This document shows, piece by piece, positions 1 to 8,196 of a stretch of 59,196 nt of DNA. The first letter of the stretch is position 1; each line of letters begins with the position of its first letter. This DNA comes from Myxococcales bacterium (GTDB lineage Bacteria > Desulfobacterota > Binatia > HRBIN30), in assembly GCA_037445065.1 (NCBI GenBank), contig JBBILD010000022.1, positions 1 to 59,196 of the forward strand, written 5' to 3'. The notes below the pieces were generated by a model that was not told where the DNA came from, did no database searches, and saw only the letters and a list, made by a program, of their open reading frames with translations. The position numbers and the translations under genes were made by a program.

Positions 1-417
1 TTGTACACGTGCAACGTGACGGTGAGTGGCAGTGGTGGGACGGTCGGAGTGAGCGGGGTGATTTTGAGCACGCCGACTGGTGGGCGAGTTGACGGAGCCA
101 CCGGCCGCGATGGTGTGGTGTGCGTGGCGGGTGCACAGCCGCCGACTCCGACGCCGACCGTGGGCGAAGCGAGCCCAACTCCAACGAACACGGTCGCTCC
201 TCCGACAGCGACGCCGACGAACACTGTGGCGCCACCCACTGCAACCCCGACGCGGGTGCCACCAACGGCGACAGCTACTGCGACGCCGCGGGTGGTCGAG
301 GAGGACGAGGGTGGTTGCCACGTGGCAGCGCGCAGCGGCGGCCTTGGTTGGCTGCTGGTGTTGCCGGTCGCGCTCGTCGTGCTGCGGCGGCGTTTGCGAT
401 CGGGCTTCACTCGCTAA
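1..417 (+). CDS. 3' end of a secreted/surface protein with Pro/Thr-rich linker and C-terminal MYXO-CTERM-like sorting signal (5' truncated)
   Basis: Repeats PTNTVAPPTAT x2 and PTRVPPTAT, then EEDEGGC, a hydrophobic stretch GWLLVLPVALVVL and a basic tail RRRLR. The ORF runs off the window start. Confidence 0.75.
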   Translation: MYTCNVTVSGSGGTVGVSGVILSTPTGGRVDGATGRDGVVCVAGAQPPTPTPTVGEASPTPTNTVAPPTATPTNTVAPPTATPTRVPPTATATATPRVVEEDEGGCHVAARSGGLGWLLVLPVALVVLRRRLRSGFTR

Positions 418-444
418 GCGCTGAGCCATCCAAACCGGCAACGG

Positions 445-479
445 AGCGGGGAGTCCCTACAGGGGCTCCCCGCTTTTTT
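445..479 (+). terminator. Rho-independent terminator
   Basis: 13-bp stem AGCGGGGAGTCCC / GGGGCTCCCCGCT (one G-U pair), TACA loop, followed by a T run. Confidence 0.85.
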
Positions 480-548
480 GTTCGGGTTAGAACCAAGGCT
501 CGCGCACTCCGCGTTGCAGTGGCAAGGTCCGTTGATTAGCCATGCCGT

Positions 549-1796
549 ATGACTGCGCGCCGTCGCGTGGTAATTACGGGCATCGGCTTGGTTACTCCCC
601 TTGGCAACTCGGTGCCAGAGAATTGGGAAGCGCTGGTTGCGGGGCGCTCCGGCATCCGGCGCATTACCCGTTTTGACCCGCGGGAGTTACCAGTCCAAAT
701 CGCAGGCGAAGTTCGGGACTTCGATCCAGCCGCGTTCGTGGATCGGCGTGAAGCCAAGCGAATGGATTTTTTCTCGCAGCTCGCCCTGGCTGCAGCAACG
801 GAGGCTTTGTGCGACGCAGCCTGGGATCGGGCTGGTTTCGATCCGGAGCGGGCGGCGGTGATCGTTGGCGTAGGCATGGGCGGGATTGCCACCTTGGAGG
901 AAGGGGTCCGCGACTTTTACCAAGGCGGCATTCGGAAGCTGGGGCCGTTCTTCATTCCCCGGTTGATTTTGAACATGGCTCCGGCCCACATCGCCATGCG
1001 CTTTGGCCTCCGCGGGGAGAATTTGGCTGTCGTGAGCGCTTGTGCTTCCGGGGGCCACGCAGTCGGGGAGGCGTTTCGGCGGATTCGCAACGGCGAGCAA
1101 GATGTGGCGGTGGCGGGAGGAGTCGAGGCGCCGATCACGCCCATTGGAGTAGCGGGCTTCGCGGTGATGCGTGCTCTGTCGACGCGCAACGAGGAACCCG
1201 AGCGCGCCAGTCGCCCCTTTGACAAGGACCGAGATGGCTTCGTGATTGCAGAAGGCGCGGGATTGCTGGTGCTCGAGGCTCTCGAATCAGCGCGGGCGAG
1301 GGGAGCCCACGTTTATGCGGAACTGGTCGGGTACGGGGCGAATGCGGACGCCTACCACATCACCATGCCGGCTCCGGACGGTGAAGGGGCTCGCAAATGT
1401 ATGGAACGAGCCTTGCGCGACGCTGAGATCGAGCCGTCGCAAGTGCAGTACATTAACGCCCACGGCACCTCGACCCCATTGAATGACGTGAGCGAGACCA
1501 AGGCCATCAAGCAGCTCTTTGGCGAGCATGCCTTTCGGCTGGCGGTGAGTTCGACCAAGTCGATGACCGGCCACACACTCGGCGCGGCTGGGGCCATCGA
1601 AGCCGCGTACACGGCGTTGGCGCTGGATCGGCAAGTGGTTCCGCCGACGATCAATTATGAGACCCCCGACCCGGAGTGCGACCTGGACTACGTTCCCAAC
1701 CAGTCTCGCCCCATGGCTGTCGAGGTAGCCGTTTCGAATGCCTTCGGTTTTGGCGGAATGAACTCCTCCTTGGTTTTGCGGCGCTGGGCGGAATGA
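549..1796 (+). CDS. fabF: 3-oxoacyl-ACP synthase II
   Basis: RRVVITGIG N-terminus, SACASG catalytic Cys, YINAHGTST, KSMTGHTLGAAG, SNAFGFGG. Confidence 0.95.
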   Translation: MTARRRVVITGIGLVTPLGNSVPENWEALVAGRSGIRRITRFDPRELPVQIAGEVRDFDPAAFVDRREAKRMDFFSQLALAAATEALCDAAWDRAGFDPERAAVIVGVGMGGIATLEEGVRDFYQGGIRKLGPFFIPRLILNMAPAHIAMRFGLRGENLAVVSACASGGHAVGEAFRRIRNGEQDVAVAGGVEAPITPIGVAGFAVMRALSTRNEEPERASRPFDKDRDGFVIAEGAGLLVLEALESARARGAHVYAELVGYGANADAYHITMPAPDGEGARKCMERALRDAEIEPSQVQYINAHGTSTPLNDVSETKAIKQLFGEHAFRLAVSSTKSMTGHTLGAAGAIEAAYTALALDRQVVPPTINYETPDPECDLDYVPNQSRPMAVEVAVSNAFGFGGMNSSLVLRRWAE

Positions 1797-2822
1797 ATGA
1801 CGGATCGTGATGGAATTGCCGGTAGTGGCTGGACCGGAGTCCCCCTGACGGAACGACGCCTTTGGATCGTGGTCGGGAAGGGGGGCGTGGGAAAGACTAC
1901 CGTCAGTGTGCTTTGGAGTTTGTGGGCGGCGCAAAGGGGCAAGCGAGTTTTGCTGGCTGAGGTGGATGGGGCTGGTCGCGCGGCGCGTTTACTCGGGGAG
2001 GAGCCAGGTGCGCTCGGGGTGGCCAAGCAAGTCGCGCCGCGCATTGCCGTCATCTCGGTGGAAGGGAGTGCAGCCCTAGCCGAGTACCTACGCCTCGTGG
2101 TGCCAGTGCGGCGCCTGCTGGATGCGGTGTTTGCGAGTCGGATCTATCAGTACTTTGTTGCCGCCGCCCCCGGGCTCAAGGAACTCATGACGATCGGCAA
2201 GATCTGGTACGAGGCGGAAAAGACGGACGCGCAAGGCCGGCCGGTTTGGGATGTCGTGATCGTGGATGCGCCAGCGACCGGCCATAGCCTGCAGTATTTG
2301 GGCATGCCGGCCGCGGCCCAACGCGTGTTCCCCGCCGGTTTGGTCGGCAAGGAGAGCAAAAGGCTCGTTGAACTCTTGCGAGACCCGAAGCGGACAGCGG
2401 TGCACTTGGTGACGATTGCGGAAGAAATGCCCGTCAACGAAACGATCGAAATGTACGAGCGGCTCCGCAGCGAACTCGACATGCCCACAGGGTATCTGAT
2501 CGTCAATCGCTTGCACCGAAGGCGTTTCGACCTCGACGAACTGGAGGCGCTGCGGGAGCGCGTCGCGGCGTTACCGGAGCGCGAGCAGAGGCTGGCAGGC
2601 GCAGTGCTGGACAGCGCCGTTGAAGAAGCGGGCTGGAGCGCGATTCACGAGCGCAATTTGCAGCGCCTGCGTCAGGAGGTGCCGTTACCGGTGGTCGAGC
2701 TTCCGTTCTTGTTTGTGGAAGAATTTTCTCGCGACCACTTGGAGGCTCTGGCGCGGATTCTCGCCGCGCAGGTAGAGCGGAGTTCTGCACAGGTACAGCG
2801 CGTCCATGGCGATTCTCGATAA
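1797..2822 (+). CDS. ArsA/Get3-family ATPase (subunit 1)
   Basis: Deviant Walker A GKGGVGKTT, APGLKEL, DAPATGH, EEMPVNET. Starts immediately after the fabF stop. Confidence 0.85.
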   Translation: MTDRDGIAGSGWTGVPLTERRLWIVVGKGGVGKTTVSVLWSLWAAQRGKRVLLAEVDGAGRAARLLGEEPGALGVAKQVAPRIAVISVEGSAALAEYLRLVVPVRRLLDAVFASRIYQYFVAAAPGLKELMTIGKIWYEAEKTDAQGRPVWDVVIVDAPATGHSLQYLGMPAAAQRVFPAGLVGKESKRLVELLRDPKRTAVHLVTIAEEMPVNETIEMYERLRSELDMPTGYLIVNRLHRRRFDLDELEALRERVAALPEREQRLAGAVLDSAVEEAGWSAIHERNLQRLRQEVPLPVVELPFLFVEEFSRDHLEALARILAAQVERSSAQVQRVHGDSR

Positions 2823-3966
2823 TTTGCTTACAGAACATCGGGTTCTCATCTGCGCTGGGTCTGGCGGAGTTGGCAAGACGACGACCGCGGCGGCGATTGC
2901 CCTGCGTGCCGCGCAGCGCGGCTTTCGCGCACTGGTTCTGACCATCGATCCAGCGCGGCGGCTTGCGAACGCGCTCGGCCTCGATGGGATGTCACGGGAG
3001 GAGGTGACCTTTTCGTTTCCGCAGGGGGGGACGCTGACTGCAATCATGCTCGACCAAAAAGGAGCGTGGGATGCATTGATCGAGCGCCACGCTCCCTCCG
3101 ACGAGATCCGGCAGCGGATCTTGCACAACCGCTTCTACCAGCACCTGTCGCAAAGTTTCGCCGGATCCCAGGAATACATGGCGGTGGAGCAGCTGTGCGA
3201 ACTGTACGAAACCGGAAGATATGATCGCATCGTTGTGGACACTCCTCCCACCCGACATGCGCTCGACTTCTTGGAGGCTCCGCAAAGGATTGCCGATTTT
3301 CTCGACCGAGACGTGATCCGGTGGTTTGTACGCCCGTACTTTGCCGCGGGTTGGAACACCTTGCGCTTTGTGAACCGGACGGTGGGCTTTCTCTTGCGCC
3401 GGCTGGAACAAGCGACCGGTGTTTCCACGCTGGTGGAGATATCCGACTTCTTTACCTCGATGGCAGGTCTGTTTGAAAATTTCGAGCCGCGGGTGCGGCG
3501 GGTGTATCACCTGCTCCGCGCGCCGGAAACGGTGTTCGTTCTGGTGGCATCCCCGGAAGAGCAGGTCTTGCAAGAAGCGGAGTTTTTTCTCGAACAAATC
3601 GAACGCCTCGGCGTGCGCCTGGGGGCGGTGGTGATCAACCGGATGCATCGCGAGCTGCTCGTTGGGGGTAAGCCGCCGAGCCCCCGAACGTTGGCGGCAA
3701 TCATGCGCAAGCTGGGTGTACGAGAGAATCTTGCCCGAGCCCTGTTGGAAAACTTTGCAGACTACCAAACCTTAGGCAGGGGAGACGTGTTACGCGTGGA
3801 GAACTTTCAAAACAGTTGGAGCCATGCCTGGCCCATGGTCGCGGTCCCGAACCTGCCGAGTGACGTGCACGACCTCGAAGGCCTTGCAAGTCTCCACCGC
3901 TTCTTGTTTGCGGAGGATGCCAGCCAAGCCACAGCGGCGGCGAGCGGCGAGAGGCGCCGCACTTAG
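2806..3966 (+). CDS. ArsA/Get3-family ATPase (subunit 2)
   Basis: GSGGVGKTT, TIDPARRLA, GSQEYMA, DTPPTRHALDFL. Overlaps the previous gene by 17 bp. Confidence 0.85.
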   Translation: MAILDNLLTEHRVLICAGSGGVGKTTTAAAIALRAAQRGFRALVLTIDPARRLANALGLDGMSREEVTFSFPQGGTLTAIMLDQKGAWDALIERHAPSDEIRQRILHNRFYQHLSQSFAGSQEYMAVEQLCELYETGRYDRIVVDTPPTRHALDFLEAPQRIADFLDRDVIRWFVRPYFAAGWNTLRFVNRTVGFLLRRLEQATGVSTLVEISDFFTSMAGLFENFEPRVRRVYHLLRAPETVFVLVASPEEQVLQEAEFFLEQIERLGVRLGAVVINRMHRELLVGGKPPSPRTLAAIMRKLGVRENLARALLENFADYQTLGRGDVLRVENFQNSWSHAWPMVAVPNLPSDVHDLEGLASLHRFLFAEDASQATAAASGERRRT

Positions 3967-4049
3967 GGGTTTTGGGACTTTCCCCGGTGCAGAAAATCGG
4001 TTATCGGAGCGCCGTCCGGCAGAGCACAGAGTCTTACGGGAGGGAAGGC

Positions 4050-4322
4050 ATGCGTTCGCGTTTGCGGATAGCCGATCTAAAGCGAAGGAAACGAAGCAAC
4101 GCCCGACTCATGAACGTGAAGGTTCCCGCCGACATTGGCGAAGCAATCGAACGGGTCGCGCAGGAACTCGAAGTCACGAAAACCGATGTTGTGGTGGCGT
4201 TCTTGAATCACGGGTTGGACGTTGCCTCGCGCGCCCTGGGTGGCTGGCAGCCACCCGAAGATTTGAACGTGTCTGGCCGTGCCAGAAAGCGGCCCAAGTC
4301 GGAAGCGTCTTCCAGTAGCTGA
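4050..4322 (+). CDS. Small ribbon-helix-helix (CopG-like) DNA-binding protein
   Basis: RLMNVKVPADIGEAIERVAQELEVTKTDVVVAFL fits the strand-helix-helix pattern. GGGAGGGAAGG RBS before ATG 4050. Confidence 0.6.
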   Translation: MRSRLRIADLKRRKRSNARLMNVKVPADIGEAIERVAQELEVTKTDVVVAFLNHGLDVASRALGGWQPPEDLNVSGRARKRPKSEASSSS

Positions 4323-4328
4323 CCGCTG

Positions 4329-5390
4329 TTAAGCGTAGTGGCTACGCCGCTTAACCGCGATCTCCCGCTCGAGGTAGAAGATTTCGATACGTTTCGGTTC
4401 CCCGTTCTCGCGCACGAACTTATGGCCGCGGAGGGTCGTTTCGACGATGCCTAGATCAGGCCGGCCTGGGAAGTCGCGCTTTCCGCGGATCTCGGAAGAC
4501 GCGAAGATCGTGTCGCCCGCAAACACGGGGGCCGTGTGCCGGCCCGTTTTGTAAACGATATCACAGAGAGCGTTGTCGGCGATGTCCGGACACGACAGGC
4601 CGAGGCAAATGTTGAACGGAATGCCCCCGTACACGATTAATTGTCCGCCCAAAAAGCGCTCTGGATTTTGATCGATCATGAACTGGTTGCAGTGCACTTG
4701 CGAAGTGTTGTCCAGCATGGCGGTCCACGCGATGTGTTCGGTGGTGATGACGCGGCCGCGCGAGTGCTCGATGATATCTCCAACCGTGAAGTCCTCGAAG
4801 TACGTGTCCGAGCTGCTCAGATGTGCCAGTTCTCGGTAGCCGCGGCTCGGGTCGTAGGCGGGCAGCTTGAGTTCGCAAGGCACAACCGGCACCTCGGCAA
4901 GGCTGGCCTCTTCGACGACCGCTTTGGCATCCCGTTTCCAAACTTGGACCTTTCGTTCGTAGGTGAGCACCACTTCGCCGTTTTGGTTACGTCCGGTCGT
5001 CTGAACGTGCACCACGCCCAGATTGGGCTCGCGGCTGGACGTGCGCACTCCGATCACCAGCGACTCGACCTCGATCGTGTCTCCGATGTACACAGGTACG
5101 CCAAAGCGCATGTCAATGTACTCCAGGTTGGCGCGAGCGTTCTCGGAGATGTCTTCTACGCTTTGGCTGAACACCACAGCCATGACCAACCCTGGTGGGA
5201 GAATCATGTCGCGGAAGCCGTAGCGCTGCGCGTAGCGCCGGTTCTTACTGAGCGGGTTGGTGGTCATGTCGTATTCGGTGAAGGCGTTGAAAAGGCCCTC
5301 AGTGATGGTCTTACCGACCTTGTGTCGGAACACGTGACCGACCTGGAAGTCTTCGAGAAAGTTCCCTTTTTGCTTGAAAATCCTCGCCAT
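4329..5390 (-). CDS. Double hot-dog MaoC-family dehydratase, mesaconyl-CoA hydratase-like
   Basis: Two MaoC repeats (GNFLEDFQVG...PVYIGDT and YFEDFTVG...PVFAGDT), SQSVEDISENARANL, NTSQVHCN. Confidence 0.8.
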   Translation of the reverse strand: MARIFKQKGNFLEDFQVGHVFRHKVGKTITEGLFNAFTEYDMTTNPLSKNRRYAQRYGFRDMILPPGLVMAVVFSQSVEDISENARANLEYIDMRFGVPVYIGDTIEVESLVIGVRTSSREPNLGVVHVQTTGRNQNGEVVLTYERKVQVWKRDAKAVVEEASLAEVPVVPCELKLPAYDPSRGYRELAHLSSSDTYFEDFTVGDIIEHSRGRVITTEHIAWTAMLDNTSQVHCNQFMIDQNPERFLGGQLIVYGGIPFNICLGLSCPDIADNALCDIVYKTGRHTAPVFAGDTIFASSEIRGKRDFPGRPDLGIVETTLRGHKFVRENGEPKRIEIFYLEREIAVKRRSHYA

Positions 5391-5455
5391 GTGCGTTCTC
5401 CCAAGAAAGCGCTGTTGAGGGAATCGTTGCGTGGTGCGGAATAGGACGTGACAAA

Positions 5456-6292
5456 ATGGCTAGCGACGAAAAGCGAGTCAAGCGAAGGTTAAGCGAAAGC
5501 CCGGCGGTGGATACAATCGCCGCGTCCGACAGGAGCGATCGTTCGGGTGCGAACGCGAAAGCGATCGCGCAGGGCATCATTGAGGTTGCGCGCCAACTGA
5601 CACTAGGCGGGACACCAGCTCCCAAGGGATCGCCGTTTTTCGGTCTGGATCATGACATGCCGTACGAGGCATCGGCTCTGCGCCTGCTCAGCAGCCAGGG
5701 AATTTTCCGCAAGTATGAGTTAGTGTTGGAGGTCGGTTCTGGCCTTGGAGGCCGGGCCCGATGGGCCGCAGAAATGTTCGGGTGTCAGGTAGTGGCGGTG
5801 GAGGTGAACCGGGATAAGGCTTCCATCGCGGAGGCATTGAATCGGGCCAGTCGTACCCAGGGCGTATGGGTGACGTGTGGGGCATCGGCGCACATTCCAC
5901 TCCGGAGCGGAGCTGTGACCCACGCATGGTGGCTTGCCGGTCAGGAGGGGAATGCCGCTCAGCGCGTGCTGCGGGAAGTCTGGAGAGTCCTTCGTGATGG
6001 AGGGTTTTTCGCACTGATCCTACCCGCAGCAACGACGGAGGCAGCGGCAGTGTGGAGTGAAGACCTCGGCGAGGCTGGGTTCGAGCGGCCGGAGACGCGC
6101 CTCTGGTCTGTGGAGCACCGGGGGGAGCTGCATCGAGTTGCGGAGCGGCGGTTCGCCGAGTACGCGACGCGTCAGGGTTGGGCGCCGGCGAGCTGGTGCG
6201 GTTTGCTCGGGACCGTTGCTCGGGAACCTACGCAACTGTTGGCGCTGTTCACGCGGCGGCGACCATTGGTAAGGCGAGTCGCGGCAGCGTGA
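5456..6292 (+). CDS. Class I SAM-dependent methyltransferase
   Basis: VLEVGSGLGG motif I and REVWRVLRDGG motif. Start uncertain. Confidence 0.7.
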   Translation: MASDEKRVKRRLSESPAVDTIAASDRSDRSGANAKAIAQGIIEVARQLTLGGTPAPKGSPFFGLDHDMPYEASALRLLSSQGIFRKYELVLEVGSGLGGRARWAAEMFGCQVVAVEVNRDKASIAEALNRASRTQGVWVTCGASAHIPLRSGAVTHAWWLAGQEGNAAQRVLREVWRVLRDGGFFALILPAATTEAAAVWSEDLGEAGFERPETRLWSVEHRGELHRVAERRFAEYATRQGWAPASWCGLLGTVAREPTQLLALFTRRRPLVRRVAAA

Positions 6293-6310
6293 AGCGAGGA
6301 TCGAGCACCG

Positions 6311-6745
6311 ATGACCCAACGGCTTGTCGCAGTTCTGGTGGCGTGGTTGTTGTTTTTCATACTGCTTGGGCCGGCAAAGGCGGGACGGGTACCCTGTGTC
6401 CAGATCGTTCGTGAGGCGACCAGCTATACGTCGAGGACGCGAGGCGGCATCGTGGACGTGTCTGAATTGGCGAAGCGGATGGGTACGAGCGTGACTTGGG
6501 TTGAGCACTGCCTGCGATCATATGGTAGGCGCCCCAAGAGGCCTTCGTTTGAAAGTCACGAAGGTCGAGAGGCAGAATTGGAGGCGCTAGAGCAAGACGA
6601 GCCCGAGGAAACGTTTGCGGAGGACCAGGAAGAGCCCGGGGCGCGCGAGCGCCCGCCAGCGACGCAGCGGCCTCGCTACCTTTCCATCAAGCCCACCCCC
6701 GGTCCGGGCGACCCCAGACTACAGCCGGAATCGGGCGAGGAGTGA
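6311..6745 (+). CDS. Hypothetical secreted protein
   Basis: Signal peptide ending in AKA, two Cys, acidic/Pro-rich C-terminus, GAGGA RBS. Confidence 0.6.
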   Translation: MTQRLVAVLVAWLLFFILLGPAKAGRVPCVQIVREATSYTSRTRGGIVDVSELAKRMGTSVTWVEHCLRSYGRRPKRPSFESHEGREAELEALEQDEPEETFAEDQEEPGARERPPATQRPRYLSIKPTPGPGDPRLQPESGEE

Positions 6746-6794
6746 CCCGGCGGTTTTTCACCCACCGGGGGCAGGGAATTTCGGGGATAGGGGG

Positions 6795-7328
6795 TTAGCG
6801 AGTTCCGACCAAATACGGGCGAACGAGAAGAACTTCGCCGTGCTCGCCAAGGACATAGATGACGACCGTTTCGTAGCGCGTGCCGTTTGGGGGCTGAGGG
6901 ATCGCGCCGCTTACGCGTGACCAGCTCCGCGTGAGCGTCATGACCTCGCTAGGGGCGCTCGTGCCGCCACGCACATGGCCGCCCGCGGTCACCAGTCCGC
7001 CGGCGCCCATGGTGGGCCATACGCCAAAATGCTTAGTCGAACCCTCGCCAGGCTTGGCAACAAAGATCACTTGCACGGGCAGGGGCCGGGCAGTCGTTGT
7101 GCGGATCTGTACGCTAATCAGCAGCTGCTCTCCGTTCGGCGAGAGTTCTGCGCGCGTCTGGAAGTTCTGCAGCTCTACCAGCGCTCCCGGTGGCGAAGAC
7201 GTCGGCTCCTCGGATGGCGTTCCGCGATGGACCAGCCGCAAAGTCAGGTAGCCCAGGGCGGCAACGCAAGCCACCAGGAGTGTGTATGCGAGCGACTCCG
7301 TCACACGGCTTTGCCGGAAGAGCTTCAT
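6795..7328 (-). CDS. Hypothetical protein with N-terminal membrane anchor
   Basis: TM segment LAYTLLVACVAALGYL followed by a beta-rich domain. Fills the gap between flanking genes. Confidence 0.6.
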   Translation of the reverse strand: MKLFRQSRVTESLAYTLLVACVAALGYLTLRLVHRGTPSEEPTSSPPGALVELQNFQTRAELSPNGEQLLISVQIRTTTARPLPVQVIFVAKPGEGSTKHFGVWPTMGAGGLVTAGGHVRGGTSAPSEVMTLTRSWSRVSGAIPQPPNGTRYETVVIYVLGEHGEVLLVRPYLVGTR

Positions 7329-7427
7329 GATGCCCTAGCAGCCTAACCCTCGTGACAGACGAAGAAAACTTGCCAACGTGCGACAGCAACGGTCGCAACG
7401 AATTGCCGATTGTGGTACAGCGACCCC

Positions 7428-8186
7428 ATGATTCTGGGTCCTGCAGCCACGGTTCTGATCATCGCCGTCGCGCTTTTGCTATCCGGTATCAAGATCGTGA
7501 AGGAGTACGAGCGCGCGGTGGTGTTTCGGCTCGGTCGGAGCACGCCAGCTCGGGGACCCGGGATCATTTATGTCATCCCGCTGATCGAGCAAATGTACCG
7601 GATCGACTTGCGGACCGTAACCTTGGACGTGCCCTCGCAAGACGTAATCACCCGTGACAACGTATCCGTCAAGGTGAACGCGGTGTTGTACTTCCGCGTC
7701 GTGGACGCCAATCGCGCCGCGATCGAAGTGCAAAACTACCTTTACGCTGCCTCGCAGATCGCACAGACCACCCTGCGCAGCGTATGCGGCCAGGCCTATT
7801 TGGACGAGTTGCTCGGGGAGCGGGAGAAGTTCAACACGCGACTGCAGGAAATTATAGATACCCACACCGAGCCCTGGGGTGTGAAGGTGGTTGCCGTCGA
7901 AGTGAAGCACATCGATTTGCCGGTCGAGATGCAGCGGTCGCTGGCGCGGCAAGCGGAGGCAGAGCGACTTCGCCGCGCGAAGGTGATCAACGCGGAGGGT
8001 GAGTATCAGGCGGCGTTGCGGCTGACGGAAGCAGCCTCGATCATGGAAAAAGAACCGGTGGCGGTGCAATTGCGCATGTTGCAAGCGCTGGCGCAGGTTG
8101 GGACGGAGAGAAACAACACCATCATTGTCCCCATCCCAATTGACCTTGTGCGGCGCTACCTGTCGCGCTCGAACGCCGCGGGATAA
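7428..8186 (+). CDS. SPFH/band 7 (slipin/stomatin-like) protein
   Basis: N-terminal TM, EYERAVVFRLG, QDVITRDNV, AQTTLRSVCG, QAEAERLRRAKVI. Confidence 0.92.
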   Translation: MILGPAATVLIIAVALLLSGIKIVKEYERAVVFRLGRSTPARGPGIIYVIPLIEQMYRIDLRTVTLDVPSQDVITRDNVSVKVNAVLYFRVVDANRAAIEVQNYLYAASQIAQTTLRSVCGQAYLDELLGEREKFNTRLQEIIDTHTEPWGVKVVAVEVKHIDLPVEMQRSLARQAEAERLRRAKVINAEGEYQAALRLTEAASIMEKEPVAVQLRMLQALAQVGTERNNTIIVPIPIDLVRRYLSRSNAAG

Positions 8187-8196
8187 GCTTGGAGGC

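Noticed and set aside
1797..3966. Arsenic resistance operon
   Set aside because: No arsB/acr3/arsC/arsD/arsR nearby. The motifs fit the split Get3/BagAB-like pair better.
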